DNA of 64,000 nt from an archaeon (GCA_020056635.1 JAGVHI010000004.1:2782-66781); one strand, 5' to 3'. Shown: positions 8,885-17,627, counted from the stretch's first letter. The notes: generated by a model from the letters alone, not told the origin. A program made the numbers and translations.

Positions 8885-10434
8885 TACTTATACACCGTGC
8901 TCCATTCGGAATTTTTCTTTGCCGCGGAAAGCACTTCATCCGGGTTCACGTAATAGCGCGAAACTATCTCGCCCACAGTGTTCACGTCCTTGTGATTGCG
9001 CTTGACCATCCATTTTATGATTTCGCTCTTGTCTTCCACGTCCTGGTCTATCTCTTTTTGCGTGAGCCCTGCGTAGAGCGAGAGGGTCGCGGCAAGCGTG
9101 ACCATCTTGTTCGCCTCCATCACCTTGTCTGATTTCACGTCCCAGCGGTAGAGCACATTGGGGTCACCGCCCTTCTGCACCTCTGCAAATTCCAGGGTGC
9201 GGCGGATGTTGAAGCGCCTGTGCCTGTACTGCACCACTATCCCTGAGAGCGCATCTATCATCTGCTTGGGAACGTTTATGGGCGCGTTTGTGAGCCTCTG
9301 CACAGTCTGCGCAGCATTGTCCGCATGCAGCGTTGCGTAGACCGCATGCCCGGTGTGCATAGCCTCGAAAAGGATTTCCGCCTCGCGCTGCTTTCGCACC
9401 TCCCCCACTATTATGCGATCAGGGCGCTGGCGCAATGCGTTTGCAAGCAGGTCGAGCATGGTGATTTCCCCTTTCCCCTCTGCGTTGGGCTCGCGCGTGA
9501 CCATCGGGACCCATTGCAGGAAAGAGGGGAGAGTAAGCTCGCGCGTGTCCTCAATCGAAATTATCCTGTGGTTTGCTGGAATCAGGCAGGAAATCGCATT
9601 TAGGAAAGAGGTTTTCCCAGAGCCTGTCCCTCCGGAAACCAGAAGCGACATCTCGTTCTGTATGCAGAGCCAGATGAGCGCCGCAACGTTGGGCGAGATG
9701 CAGTTGAGCTCAACCAAATAGGGAATGGTCCAGGGGTTCTTGGAGAATTTGCGTATGGTTATGGTGTTCCCGAAAGAGGAAATCGGCGCGAGGGTTGCGT
9801 TCACACGCTCGCCTGACCCAAGGTGCGCGTCCATGAGCGGGTTTAGGATGTTTATCTGCTTTCCCACTTTCCTGCCAATCATAGCTGCGTAATCGTAAAT
9901 CGACTCCTCGTTCTTGAGCGCGATGTTGGTGCGGCACCAGCCGTATTTCTTGTGGTACACCCACACGGGGTCGGTGGAAGAGTTGATTGCGACCTCTTCT
10001 AGGTGCTCATCGTGCAGCGGGGCTTCAAGCTCGCCTAGACCGAGCGTGTTCTGTATAAGATAGGAGGAGAGCACGGATTTTGTCTCATCCGAGAGAGAGG
10101 GGAAGTGCTTTGTGAGAAGCGACATCGCCTTTGCGTCGAATTTTGCGCGCACCTCTTCCCTTCGCTTCTGGTCCATTATTTCAGTGATTTCAAGCTTCAC
10201 GTTTGTGATGAGCTCGCCTTTCAGCGTGTTCAGCACGAGCTTGGTTCCCTCGGAAAGCCCGCGGACGGACATTTCGTAGTGCGGCACGAACTCTCCCTTG
10301 CGGTAGAGGATGCGCACCGAAACCGGGATTCCCTCGTTGTCAAACGAGTAGGACTCGATTTCCTTGCCTTTCATCGCTTCCGGCACAGGTATCTGCCCGG
10401 GCATGTCACGTTTTGCTTCGACCATCCAAACCAC
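8884..10434 (-). CDS. Type II/IV secretion-family ATPase (ArlI/FlaI/PilB/CpaF-like assembly ATPase)
   Basis: Walker A 'LVSGGTGSGKTSFLNAI', Walker B/Asp-box region 'RIISIEDTRELTL', 'PDRIIVGEVR' and a His-box 'TGHAVYATLHA'. Confidence 0.9.
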   Translation of the reverse strand: MVWMVEAKRDMPGQIPVPEAMKGKEIESYSFDNEGIPVSVRILYRKGEFVPHYEMSVRGLSEGTKLVLNTLKGELITNVKLEITEIMDQKRREEVRAKFDAKAMSLLTKHFPSLSDETKSVLSSYLIQNTLGLGELEAPLHDEHLEEVAINSSTDPVWVYHKKYGWCRTNIALKNEESIYDYAAMIGRKVGKQINILNPLMDAHLGSGERVNATLAPISSFGNTITIRKFSKNPWTIPYLVELNCISPNVAALIWLCIQNEMSLLVSGGTGSGKTSFLNAISCLIPANHRIISIEDTRELTLPSFLQWVPMVTREPNAEGKGEITMLDLLANALRQRPDRIIVGEVRKQREAEILFEAMHTGHAVYATLHADNAAQTVQRLTNAPINVPKQMIDALSGIVVQYRHRRFNIRRTLEFAEVQKGGDPNVLYRWDVKSDKVMEANKMVTLAATLSLYAGLTQKEIDQDVEDKSEIIKWMVKRNHKDVNTVGEIVSRYYVNPDEVLSAAKKNSEWSTVYK

Positions 10435-10508
10435 ATCCGGTATTATTGATTATCTACTGGCGTCCAGTTACTTCTTGTCCCCGTTATTGTTCCTCTGATA
10501 GTTTACGA

Positions 10509-11978
10509 TCACTTCTTGTCCTCTTCCCACATCTTGCGGATGAGCCCTCGCAGCTCCTCGCGCTTTTGTTCAAAATCCTTTTCCTCATCAGTGGTGAGCT
10601 GCACCCTCTGCTCGATTGCCTGCACCTGCGGGCCCTGCGACTCAAGGTTCACTATCGCGGCCTCGCCCTCTATTGCGCGCAGCTTGAGCGAGAGCTCCTG
10701 CTGGCGCGCGCGAAGCTGCTCTGTAGCCTCCATCACTTTCCGAATCTCATCCTGCTTGCCCTTTGCCTGCGAAAGCCGCGAGAGCACCTGCTTGCCGGAA
10801 TCTATCTCAGCCCTTATTTCCTCGTGCAGCGGGCCTGCGTAGGACTCGAGCTCTGAAGCGTATTCAGTCAGCTTGCGAAGCGATTCGGAAATTTCGGAGC
10901 GGATTTGCGACAGCCTTTGCAGGTCTGAATCTGTTACGCCCTTTGCGCCCACAGCAGGCTTGGAAACCTGCTGCGCCTTGTAAGCGGACTCGAACTTTGC
11001 AAGCAATTTTGAAACGGTTGCGGCGTTTGCACCAAGCTCGCGCTCAAGCTTCTTCTTCTCCTCCTTTGCAGCCGCATGGAGCTCGCGCAGCTGCGCGAGC
11101 GATTCCTCAATAGCATCGGAAACTATTTTCGGGGACTGCGCGCTTGAGAGCTCTTCGGAAATTTTTTCAGTGTCCTCCGCGATTATCTCCTGCTCCTGCG
11201 CAAGCGCCTCAATCTGCGCCTCCATCTTCTCCACTTTCTCAATAAGCGAATCGAGCTTGGATTGAAGCGCGTCCGCTTTCTGCATGTAGCCGGATTTCGC
11301 CTCCTCCTCTGCGGCTGATACTTTTGCCTCGATGTCCGAGTACACGGATTCGGACTGCGCAATCAGGTCCTGTATGTCGTCGCGGAAGCGCGCAAGGTCC
11401 GAAATCTGCTCGCGCTCAATCGTAATCCCGGAAGTTGAGGGGCCTTTTGCGCCTTTTGAGCGCTCAATCGAGCCTGAGAGCCGCGCTTCAAGCTCGGAGA
11501 ACTCCTTTCGAAGCGTTGCAAGCCGCGCAGCCTCGGAATTGAACAGGTTCTGCGTTTTCGCATCCATGTCCTCAAGCGCGGAGAGCTTTTCGTGCAGGGC
11601 GTGAAGCCTGTCCTCAACATCGCCAAGCATGCCTGAGTATTCGGTTTGCAATGATTCCAAGTCGCCGGACTGCTCCTCGACCCGCTGCTCGAGCGAGTGT
11701 ATCTGCTCGGCCACTTCCGATTTGCGCTCGGTGATTTGCGCTGCGCGCGCCTCAAGCTTCTTTGGCTCAGGCTCAATCCAAACAAGGTAGGCTTTTGTGA
11801 GCTTGTACTCTATTGTGATTATCCCTTCCTGCTCGAGCACCGCTGCCCAGTCCTGCACGTTTTGCGGGGTGAGAGAAAGCGCCTTAGCTGCGGAATTGAG
11901 CTCGATTTTGCCTTTTTCGCGCACAAGCTTGATTAGGCTGTCAACTCCCGTGGAAATAAGCAGGTCGTCGATTGCCAT
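10509..11978 (-). CDS. Coiled-coil protein with an N-terminal wHTH-like module
   Basis: 489 aa. The N-terminal ~65 aa 'LIKLVREKGKIELNSAAKALSLTPQNVQDWAAVLEQEGIITIEY' is wHTH-like. The remainder has a heptad-like, E/K/L/A-rich composition. Confidence 0.65.
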   Translation of the reverse strand: MAIDDLLISTGVDSLIKLVREKGKIELNSAAKALSLTPQNVQDWAAVLEQEGIITIEYKLTKAYLVWIEPEPKKLEARAAQITERKSEVAEQIHSLEQRVEEQSGDLESLQTEYSGMLGDVEDRLHALHEKLSALEDMDAKTQNLFNSEAARLATLRKEFSELEARLSGSIERSKGAKGPSTSGITIEREQISDLARFRDDIQDLIAQSESVYSDIEAKVSAAEEEAKSGYMQKADALQSKLDSLIEKVEKMEAQIEALAQEQEIIAEDTEKISEELSSAQSPKIVSDAIEESLAQLRELHAAAKEEKKKLERELGANAATVSKLLAKFESAYKAQQVSKPAVGAKGVTDSDLQRLSQIRSEISESLRKLTEYASELESYAGPLHEEIRAEIDSGKQVLSRLSQAKGKQDEIRKVMEATEQLRARQQELSLKLRAIEGEAAIVNLESQGPQVQAIEQRVQLTTDEEKDFEQKREELRGLIRKMWEEDKK

Positions 11979-12097
11979 CAGGGGAAACTGTATATCGAAA
12001 TATTATAAAGATGTAGGGCATGCTTACGGATGAGGGGCGGGAGCGAGATTATTAAGTTTCCCGTGCGAGACATGGATTAGGAAATTGGGGATTTTTC

Positions 12098-13747
12098 ATG
12101 GATGCTGGGCAAAATTCGTACCCGAAAAAGACCGAGCGGCGGCCGCTTGACCGGTTTAGGAACCAAAGCGCGCTATTGCAGCAGTTCGGGGAAGACGGGA
12201 TTCGGGTTTATGATGCGATTGACGGGAGGAAGAGCTCCGGGGAGATCGCCGCCTCGCTTGGAATCGAGTGGGGGAAGTATGACCAGATTGCCTCCTTTAT
12301 GGCGCAGAATGGGATGATTTCGTATTCTGATTCCAAAGAGGCGCCTGCGCCTTTTTCCGCGCCGAGCTACCCCCAGGCGCCAGCGTATCCAAGGGAGCAG
12401 CCGCAAGCGCCAGCTTCAGGTGCGCAGCAACCCGCATACCCAAGGCAGCCCTCACAGTACTCGCAGCCGCCCCCTTCGGCAGCCTATCCAAGCGCGCAGC
12501 AGCCATCGGCTGCGCGATATCCTTCAAGGGCGCAGCCATCGCAATATTCACAGCCTTCTCCCGCACCGAAGTACGGGCAGCCTGAGCAAAAAGCGCCCGG
12601 AGCGCAGTATGCTTCAAACGAATCCCGGGGAACCCCTGCAATTCAGCCAGAGAGGCCGTGGGCGCCCAAGCCTACTATATATGGGAGGGAAGAGCCGCAG
12701 GAAAAAGGGACAGAACAGGAACCCTACACAAGGCCGGTGCCTGCGGAAAGGATACAGCCAGGCGAGCGTGAGGAGAGGCCGTTTGCGCCAACTCCCCCGA
12801 AGCAGCCCCCCGAGCTTGGGAACATCGCACCCCCGTATAACCCAAGTGACGAAGGGCACCCGGTGATTGCACCGCAGAGCGGGAGGGGGGAGCAGAAACA
12901 GGAGGTGGAAACCTCAGGGGTTGCGGCAATGTCCCCGCTGGAAAAGCTCATCTTCGGGAAATACGGGGAGCTTGGGATATTGGTGTATAATTTGATTGAC
13001 GGGCAGAAAACAGCGGAAGAGATAATGATGGAGACAGGGATTTCGGAAGTGAAATTAGTCGAGATACTTGAGTTCATGGACAGCCAGGGGATAATCAAGC
13101 TTGAGAGGCCGGAGGAGGAAAGCATTGCACCGCCGCCCCAGACCGAACAGCCTGAGCTTCGGCCCATGGTTGAGGAGAAGGGGATAGAGAATGTGCCTGA
13201 GGAGCCAAGCGATGAGAAGCTGGGAATTGTGCCAATCGATGTGCCGGTGCTGAATAAGGGGAACATATTGCAGAAGGTGGAGATTAACGCGCTGCTCACT
13301 TTCAAGTACGGAAAGCAGGGGCCTGCATTGCTTGGGATGGTGGATGGGAAAAGGGATTTCGTGCAGCTCTCGCTTGAATCCAGGCTTGCGCTTGTGGAGA
13401 TTGATGCAATCATGGGCTTTGTTGGGACGCATAATTTGGCGACCTTCCGCACCATGACTAGGGAGGAGATAAAGAAGCAGTATGGGGAGGACGGGTATAC
13501 TATTTACAAGAAGTTTGGGAGGGACGGGGTGCTGCTGTACGAGATGATTGGGAAGGAGGGGAACCTGAGAGATATTATTGTGCACTCAAAAATAGACCCG
13601 GAGCGCGCAGTGGAAATATTCATGTTCATACATTCAGTGCTTGGGCTGGAGCTTCCTCTTGACAGGGAGATGCTGTACAAGCAATTGGGGATTAAGAAGC
13701 CGCCTACAAGCAGCTCGCCCTCGAACCCGCCTGCCCCGCCAGCGTAA
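12098..13747 (+). CDS. P/Q-rich protein with four copies of a ~40-aa wHTH-like module
   Basis: Repeated modules: 'VYDAIDGRKSSGEIAASLGIEWGKYDQIASFMAQNGMISY', 'VYNLIDGQKTAEEIMMETGISEVKLVEILEFMDSQGIIKL', 'LLGMVDGKRDFVQLSLESRLALVEIDAIMGFVGTHNLATF' and 'LYEMIGKEGNLRDIIVHSKIDPERAVEIFMFIHSVLGLEL'. Confidence 0.65.
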   Translation: MDAGQNSYPKKTERRPLDRFRNQSALLQQFGEDGIRVYDAIDGRKSSGEIAASLGIEWGKYDQIASFMAQNGMISYSDSKEAPAPFSAPSYPQAPAYPREQPQAPASGAQQPAYPRQPSQYSQPPPSAAYPSAQQPSAARYPSRAQPSQYSQPSPAPKYGQPEQKAPGAQYASNESRGTPAIQPERPWAPKPTIYGREEPQEKGTEQEPYTRPVPAERIQPGEREERPFAPTPPKQPPELGNIAPPYNPSDEGHPVIAPQSGRGEQKQEVETSGVAAMSPLEKLIFGKYGELGILVYNLIDGQKTAEEIMMETGISEVKLVEILEFMDSQGIIKLERPEEESIAPPPQTEQPELRPMVEEKGIENVPEEPSDEKLGIVPIDVPVLNKGNILQKVEINALLTFKYGKQGPALLGMVDGKRDFVQLSLESRLALVEIDAIMGFVGTHNLATFRTMTREEIKKQYGEDGYTIYKKFGRDGVLLYEMIGKEGNLRDIIVHSKIDPERAVEIFMFIHSVLGLELPLDREMLYKQLGIKKPPTSSSPSNPPAPPA

Positions 13748-14017
13748 TTACTTTTTACGGAACGATGCAAGCCAGAGCGATTTGAAAAAAGGAAGCGTGA
13801 GAGTCCCGAGCATGAACGCAAGCGCTGGAACGATTGCATTTAGCCAGGGCTCGGGGATTTTGACTGCCGCAAGGTAGAAGCCGATTGCTAAATAGGTGAA
13901 AAGGGTGAGCAGGCCTCTCCGGGTAAGGCTGGTTTCCCAAGCCTTGTCAGATTCGACCTTTTCGTTTCGCGACTTGAGCGTTTTGATTTCGCGCTCAAGC
14001 GATTTTATTGAAGCCAT
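13748..14017 (-). CDS. Small membrane protein (2 predicted TM) downstream of a KaiC-like ATPase
   Basis: 89 aa with a charged N-terminal helix followed by hydrophobic segments 'LLTLFTYLAIGFYLAAV' and 'AIVPALAFMLGTLTLPFF'. Confidence 0.45.
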   Translation of the reverse strand: MASIKSLEREIKTLKSRNEKVESDKAWETSLTRRGLLTLFTYLAIGFYLAAVKIPEPWLNAIVPALAFMLGTLTLPFFKSLWLASFRKK

Positions 14018-14026
14018 AGTGTGTGG

Positions 14027-14764
14027 TTAGCCTTCTTTTTCCTCCTCATCCTTCCCGAGCTCGGTGAATATGCCCTGCCCGGGGTATACTTTCATCCCCA
14101 CCCCGGAAACGAATTCGAACGGGGAGAGCTTTTGCGAGTGCGTGCTCCCGCGGATTTTTAGCACCTCAAGCGCGTGTATCCGAACGCCCCCCTGCCGCGG
14201 GTGGTGGAGCGCGATTATCACATCAGGTATGTATTCCATCCCGGCGCTCGTGCGAAGCGGAGCGGCGCGTATTTCCTCCCCTGAGAACATTGCGGTGATG
14301 CTCCACTTGCGCACCATCTCAAAAAGCGATATCTGCGCCTCCCTTGCCTGGTACGCGCTCTCAAAAAGCATCGAGTAGGAGGTGAGGGAGTCTATTGCAA
14401 TCCTTTTTGCGTCTATGCTCTTTATCGAGTCGAAAATCAGCCCGCCTCCCTCATCCACCAGCTTTTTCACCTCGTGGGGCTTGTAGGAGACAGTGAGGAA
14501 CATGTTCTCTTCCTCGAGCTTCTCAAAATCCCAGCCGTATGCCTCGAAATGCTTGTTTATTGCATCTTTCGGCTCCTCGAAAGAGAGGAAAAGCCCTGGC
14601 TCCTTGCGGTTAACCGCGCCGTTGTAAAGGAATTGGAGCAGCATCGTGGTCTTGCCGGTTCCGGTGCCCCCCATCACAAGGACTGTGCTGTTGCGCTCGA
14701 ACCCGCCGCCAAGAAGCTCATCAAGCCCTTCGATTCCCGAGGGCATTCGTTCAACACCGGCCAT
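14027..14764 (-). CDS. Single-domain KaiC/RadA/ArlH-like RecA-superfamily ATPase
   Basis: 'GIEGLDELLGGGFERNSTVLVMGGTGTGKTT' (Walker A). The ATG at 14764 sits 24-31 nt downstream of a TATA element, whereas the listed ORF begins at a TTG at 14785. Confidence 0.8.
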   Translation of the reverse strand: MAGVERMPSGIEGLDELLGGGFERNSTVLVMGGTGTGKTTMLLQFLYNGAVNRKEPGLFLSFEEPKDAINKHFEAYGWDFEKLEEENMFLTVSYKPHEVKKLVDEGGGLIFDSIKSIDAKRIAIDSLTSYSMLFESAYQAREAQISLFEMVRKWSITAMFSGEEIRAAPLRTSAGMEYIPDVIIALHHPRQGGVRIHALEVLKIRGSTHSQKLSPFEFVSGVGMKVYPGQGIFTELGKDEEEKEG

Positions 14765-14787
14765 CGCGCTTTCTATCCGCGTCAATC

Positions 14788-14795
14788 TTTATAAA
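14788..14795. promoter_or_regulatory. TATA-box-like element in the divergent KaiC-like gene pair intergenic region
   Basis: 'tttataaa' lies between the divergently transcribed 14027..14764 (-) and 14847..15551 (+). Confidence 0.4.
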
Positions 14796-14846
14796 TCGTG
14801 GCTGGATTATCTTGGGTTGGATTTACGAGAGGAAGAAGTGCTTGTT

Positions 14847-15551
14847 ATGGTTGCAATCGCGCGCGTGAAAACCGGGATTCCGTCCCTTGATGCAATAATG
14901 GGAGGCGGGCTCCCTCCGCAATCTAACATACTGGTGTATGGCGAGCCCTTGTGCGGGAAGAAACCCCTGATAATGCAGTACATTTACCAGGGGTTGCAGG
15001 AGGGGATGCCGGGCATGTTCGTGCTCACGGATTACGGGGTGGTGGAATGGGCGAACATGATGAGGCAGGGCGGATGGAATTTGGAAACTGTTAAGGACCA
15101 GTCGCTCATACACTTTGTTGATGCGTATACGAAGCAGTTCCAGCCAGGCCTTGAGGACAATCCCAATATCGCGTATGTGGAGCACCCAAGCGCCATCAGT
15201 TCGGTTGCGCTGCACATCTCCTCGATGCAGGATGAGATTTTGAAAGCAGGCGGGAAGGAGCACAGGCTTGCGTTCCATTCCATTTCCTCCTTGCTCGAGG
15301 AGTGCGATTCTAAAACAGTGTTCAACTTTTTGCATTATGTCACTGGAAAATTCAGGATGGCTGGCGCGACTGCGCTCTACACCATGGAAAAGGGGATGCA
15401 CTCGCCTGTAGAAGTGAACATGGTTGAGCATTTGATGGATGGGATAATAGAGTTTGAAGGGGAGAATGTGAAAGTGAAGGGGATTTTTGGTTCGGACGCG
15501 CAGGTGCACGCGTACAAAATTACGCCGAGGGGTATAACGATAAAGGTTTAG
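14847..15551 (+). CDS. Single-domain KaiC/RadA/ArlH-like RecA-superfamily ATPase (degenerate P-loop)
   Basis: 'GIPSLDAIMGGGLPPQSNILVYGEPLCGKKPL'. The P-loop reads GEPLCGKK rather than GxxGxGKT. The start is set at the ATG at 14847, because the listed 14646 start would overlap the divergent gene. Confidence 0.75.
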   Translation: MVAIARVKTGIPSLDAIMGGGLPPQSNILVYGEPLCGKKPLIMQYIYQGLQEGMPGMFVLTDYGVVEWANMMRQGGWNLETVKDQSLIHFVDAYTKQFQPGLEDNPNIAYVEHPSAISSVALHISSMQDEILKAGGKEHRLAFHSISSLLEECDSKTVFNFLHYVTGKFRMAGATALYTMEKGMHSPVEVNMVEHLMDGIIEFEGENVKVKGIFGSDAQVHAYKITPRGITIKV

Positions 15552-15562
15552 GGGTGTTGCGC

Positions 15563-15883
15563 ATGAAGCTTGGAATAATCATTGCAACTGATGAGCCCGA
15601 AACTGCCTGGAACGCGCTTCGGCTTGCGAACTTTTCGCGAAAAGAGGGGGATGAGGTCGGGGTGTTCCTGCTTGGGAGGGGAGTGGACTACGAAAAAACA
15701 AGCGGCGGGAAGTTTGACAGCGTGGGCGAAGCAAGGAAGCTGCTTGCAGCAGGAGGAAGAATAATGGCGTGCGGCACATGCCTGAAAGCAAGGGGCAGCG
15801 AGGGAGACGAGATTTGCCCGATTTCGAGCATGAAGGACTTGCACGCGCTTATTAGGGATTGCGAAAAGACAGTGTCATTCTGA
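15563..15883 (+). CDS. DsrE/DsrF-like family protein
   Basis: 'MKLGIIIATDEPETAWNALRLANFSRKEGDEVGVFLLGRGV' and 'ACGTCLKARG' resemble the DsrE/F sulfur-relay-like fold family. A GGGG Shine-Dalgarno-like motif precedes the ATG at 15563. Confidence 0.6.
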   Translation: MKLGIIIATDEPETAWNALRLANFSRKEGDEVGVFLLGRGVDYEKTSGGKFDSVGEARKLLAAGGRIMACGTCLKARGSEGDEICPISSMKDLHALIRDCEKTVSF

Positions 15884-15898
15884 TGCTGGGTGGTTTGG

Positions 15899-16735
15899 AT
15901 GAAAATAATTGTTTTGATTGCAATATTTGCATTCGGGTTGTTGCTCGTGGGATGCGCAGGGAATCAGCCGCAAACACCCCCTGCAGGCGGAAGCCCGGAG
16001 CAAAATGCGAATCCCAACCAGCAGGCGCAGCCACCTGCCGTGCTTACGCGCGAGGAAATTTGCAATAAAATCCAGGGTGCCGATTACAAGAATTGGTGCC
16101 TGGGATTCGTGACTGGGAAATCATCCTATTGCGATAGCATTGCAGCGGAGAATGACAGGAACGACTGCTATGGGGTCACAGGGATGAATGCAAAGGACGT
16201 TTCAGTATGCGAAAAAATGACGAATGTAAACAAGAAACAAACATGCCTTGCGGTTGCAAGAGACGATATCAAGGAATGCGACGCGACGGACCAGTATGGA
16301 AAAGAGAGATGCGTAAACCAGTTTGCCGCGTATACGAAAGATTTGTCCGTATGCGGGGGCGCAGAGGGCCCAACCAACAGGGAAAATTGCTATTACAACG
16401 TCGCAAAATCGACAGGGGATGAGGATGCCTGCGCACAGTATACTGTAGGTATGAAGGACAAGTGCTACTTTGAAGTTTCAAGGACGATAGATGACATAGG
16501 GCAATGCGGCAATATAGTTGATTCGGGAATGAAAGCAACGTGCACGGCTGTTGCGAAAAAAGACTACTCGCTGTGCCCTGCAAATGACAGCAATTGCATG
16601 GCATTTGTTGCCATGGCGAAATCCGATTGGGGCTATTGCGATGAAACAGCCTTGAAAATGCAATGGGATTCATCGGCAAAGGATGCGTGCTATATGTGGA
16701 TGGCGGTATTCAGGCTTGAGAGGAATCTGGTGTAA
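15899..16735 (+). CDS. Lipobox-bearing Cys-rich repeat protein (~26-aa two-Cys repeats)
   Basis: Signal peptide plus lipobox 'MKIIVLIAIFAFGLLLVGCAG'. Repeated pattern C-x(10-12)-C-[YL]-x2-[VIL]-[AS]-x(4-5)-D-x-[SG]-x-C (e.g. 'CEKMTNVNKKQTCLAVARDDIKEC', 'CGGAEGPTNRENCYYNVAKSTGDEDAC'). Confidence 0.75.
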   Translation: MKIIVLIAIFAFGLLLVGCAGNQPQTPPAGGSPEQNANPNQQAQPPAVLTREEICNKIQGADYKNWCLGFVTGKSSYCDSIAAENDRNDCYGVTGMNAKDVSVCEKMTNVNKKQTCLAVARDDIKECDATDQYGKERCVNQFAAYTKDLSVCGGAEGPTNRENCYYNVAKSTGDEDACAQYTVGMKDKCYFEVSRTIDDIGQCGNIVDSGMKATCTAVAKKDYSLCPANDSNCMAFVAMAKSDWGYCDETALKMQWDSSAKDACYMWMAVFRLERNLV

Positions 16736-16747
16736 GGGGTGGGATTC

Positions 16748-17503
16748 ATGAACAATGGGTTTGTTGCAATTGCCGCACTGCTGCTTTTCGGCTGCTGCTG
16801 CCAGACTATAGGCCAGCCGCCCGCGCTCACTCCTGCGCTTGCCTGCGAGAAAACCAAGGATGCGGACATGATGAACTGGTGCCTTGGAGCCGTTAATTTG
16901 GATTCGGGCTACTGCGACAAAATAGTAGACCCGGGCGGGAGCAAGGGGCAGAAATCGAACTGCTATTTTATCGTGGGAATAAGAAATAAGGACTCGGATG
17001 TGTGCCAGCATGTAACGAAACCCGAGGATATGAATGGCTGCCTTGCGATTGCAGAGGGGAATGTGAGCAGGTGCGATATACTTGAGGACGGTTACAAGGA
17101 GACATGCATAAAATATTTTGCCGCATTCACATTGAATTCGGAACCATGCGCGAACTTGTCAGGAAAGCAGAACTGCTATGAGATGGTTGCAAGGTATTCA
17201 GATGATGCAAGCACATGCGAGATGGATGCGAGCTCGAACAATTCCGGATGTTATTATAATGTGGCAGTGCATGCCATGGATTCGTCAGTTTGCGAGCAGG
17301 TGAGCGATGCGGATTCCAAGAGCACCTGCCTTGCAATCACCAAAAATGACACTTCGCTGTGCCCGAGTGGCGCAAACCATAACTCATGCCTTGGCTATGC
17401 CGCGATGTCGAACGGGGATTATGAGGGGTGCATAAGCGCTACAGGCAATGCAGACCAGTGTTATTTCTACATCGCGACAAAGGGGAAGGAGAGGTTCTTC
17501 TGA
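16748..17503 (+). CDS. Lipobox-bearing Cys-rich repeat protein (paralogue of 15899..16735)
   Basis: 'MNNGFVAIAALLLFGCCCQ' followed by the same repeat ('CQHVTKPEDMNGCLAIAEGNVSRC', 'CANLSGKQNCYEMVARYSDDASTC'). Confidence 0.75.
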   Translation: MNNGFVAIAALLLFGCCCQTIGQPPALTPALACEKTKDADMMNWCLGAVNLDSGYCDKIVDPGGSKGQKSNCYFIVGIRNKDSDVCQHVTKPEDMNGCLAIAEGNVSRCDILEDGYKETCIKYFAAFTLNSEPCANLSGKQNCYEMVARYSDDASTCEMDASSNNSGCYYNVAVHAMDSSVCEQVSDADSKSTCLAITKNDTSLCPSGANHNSCLGYAAMSNGDYEGCISATGNADQCYFYIATKGKERFF

Positions 17504-17507
17504 GAGC

Positions 17508-17530
17508 GCTTTCTTTTTCAAAAAGAAAGC
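17508..17530 (+). terminator. Perfect palindrome / T-rich hairpin immediately after the lipoprotein gene stop
   Basis: gctttcttttt-c-aaaaagaaagc (11-nt arms) starts 5 nt after the TGA at 17501-17503. The 5' arm supplies an oligo-T tract typical of archaeal termination. Confidence 0.45.
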
Positions 17531-17595
17531 CCTCGGCGCAAAGAAAATTCAGGACAGTGCCGAATATCCGGCTTCGCCAGGATTCGTCACCCCAA

Positions 17596-17627
17596 GGATA
17601 ATTAACCATCGCGTGGATAATTAACCA
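17596..17627 (+). promoter_or_regulatory. Duplicated A/T-rich box (ggataattaacca x2) upstream of tRNA-Arg. The distal copy is at TATA-box distance.
   Basis: The copies are at 17596-17608 and 17615-17627. The 'ataattaa' core of copy 1 lies about 26-33 nt upstream of the tRNA 5' end (17631). Confidence 0.4.

Noticed and set aside
12724-13455. 243-aa minus-strand ORF, and 13055..13585, antisense to the wHTH-repeat protein gene
   Set aside because: The plus-strand frame shows a four-fold module repeat. The antisense translations are S-rich or H/L-rich with no features.
14646-14846. N-terminal 67-aa extension of the second KaiC-like ORF as listed in the track
   Set aside because: The extension overlaps the divergent KaiC-like gene and the shared TATA element. 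The conserved G-I-P-S-LD N-terminal motif begins right after the ATG at 14847.
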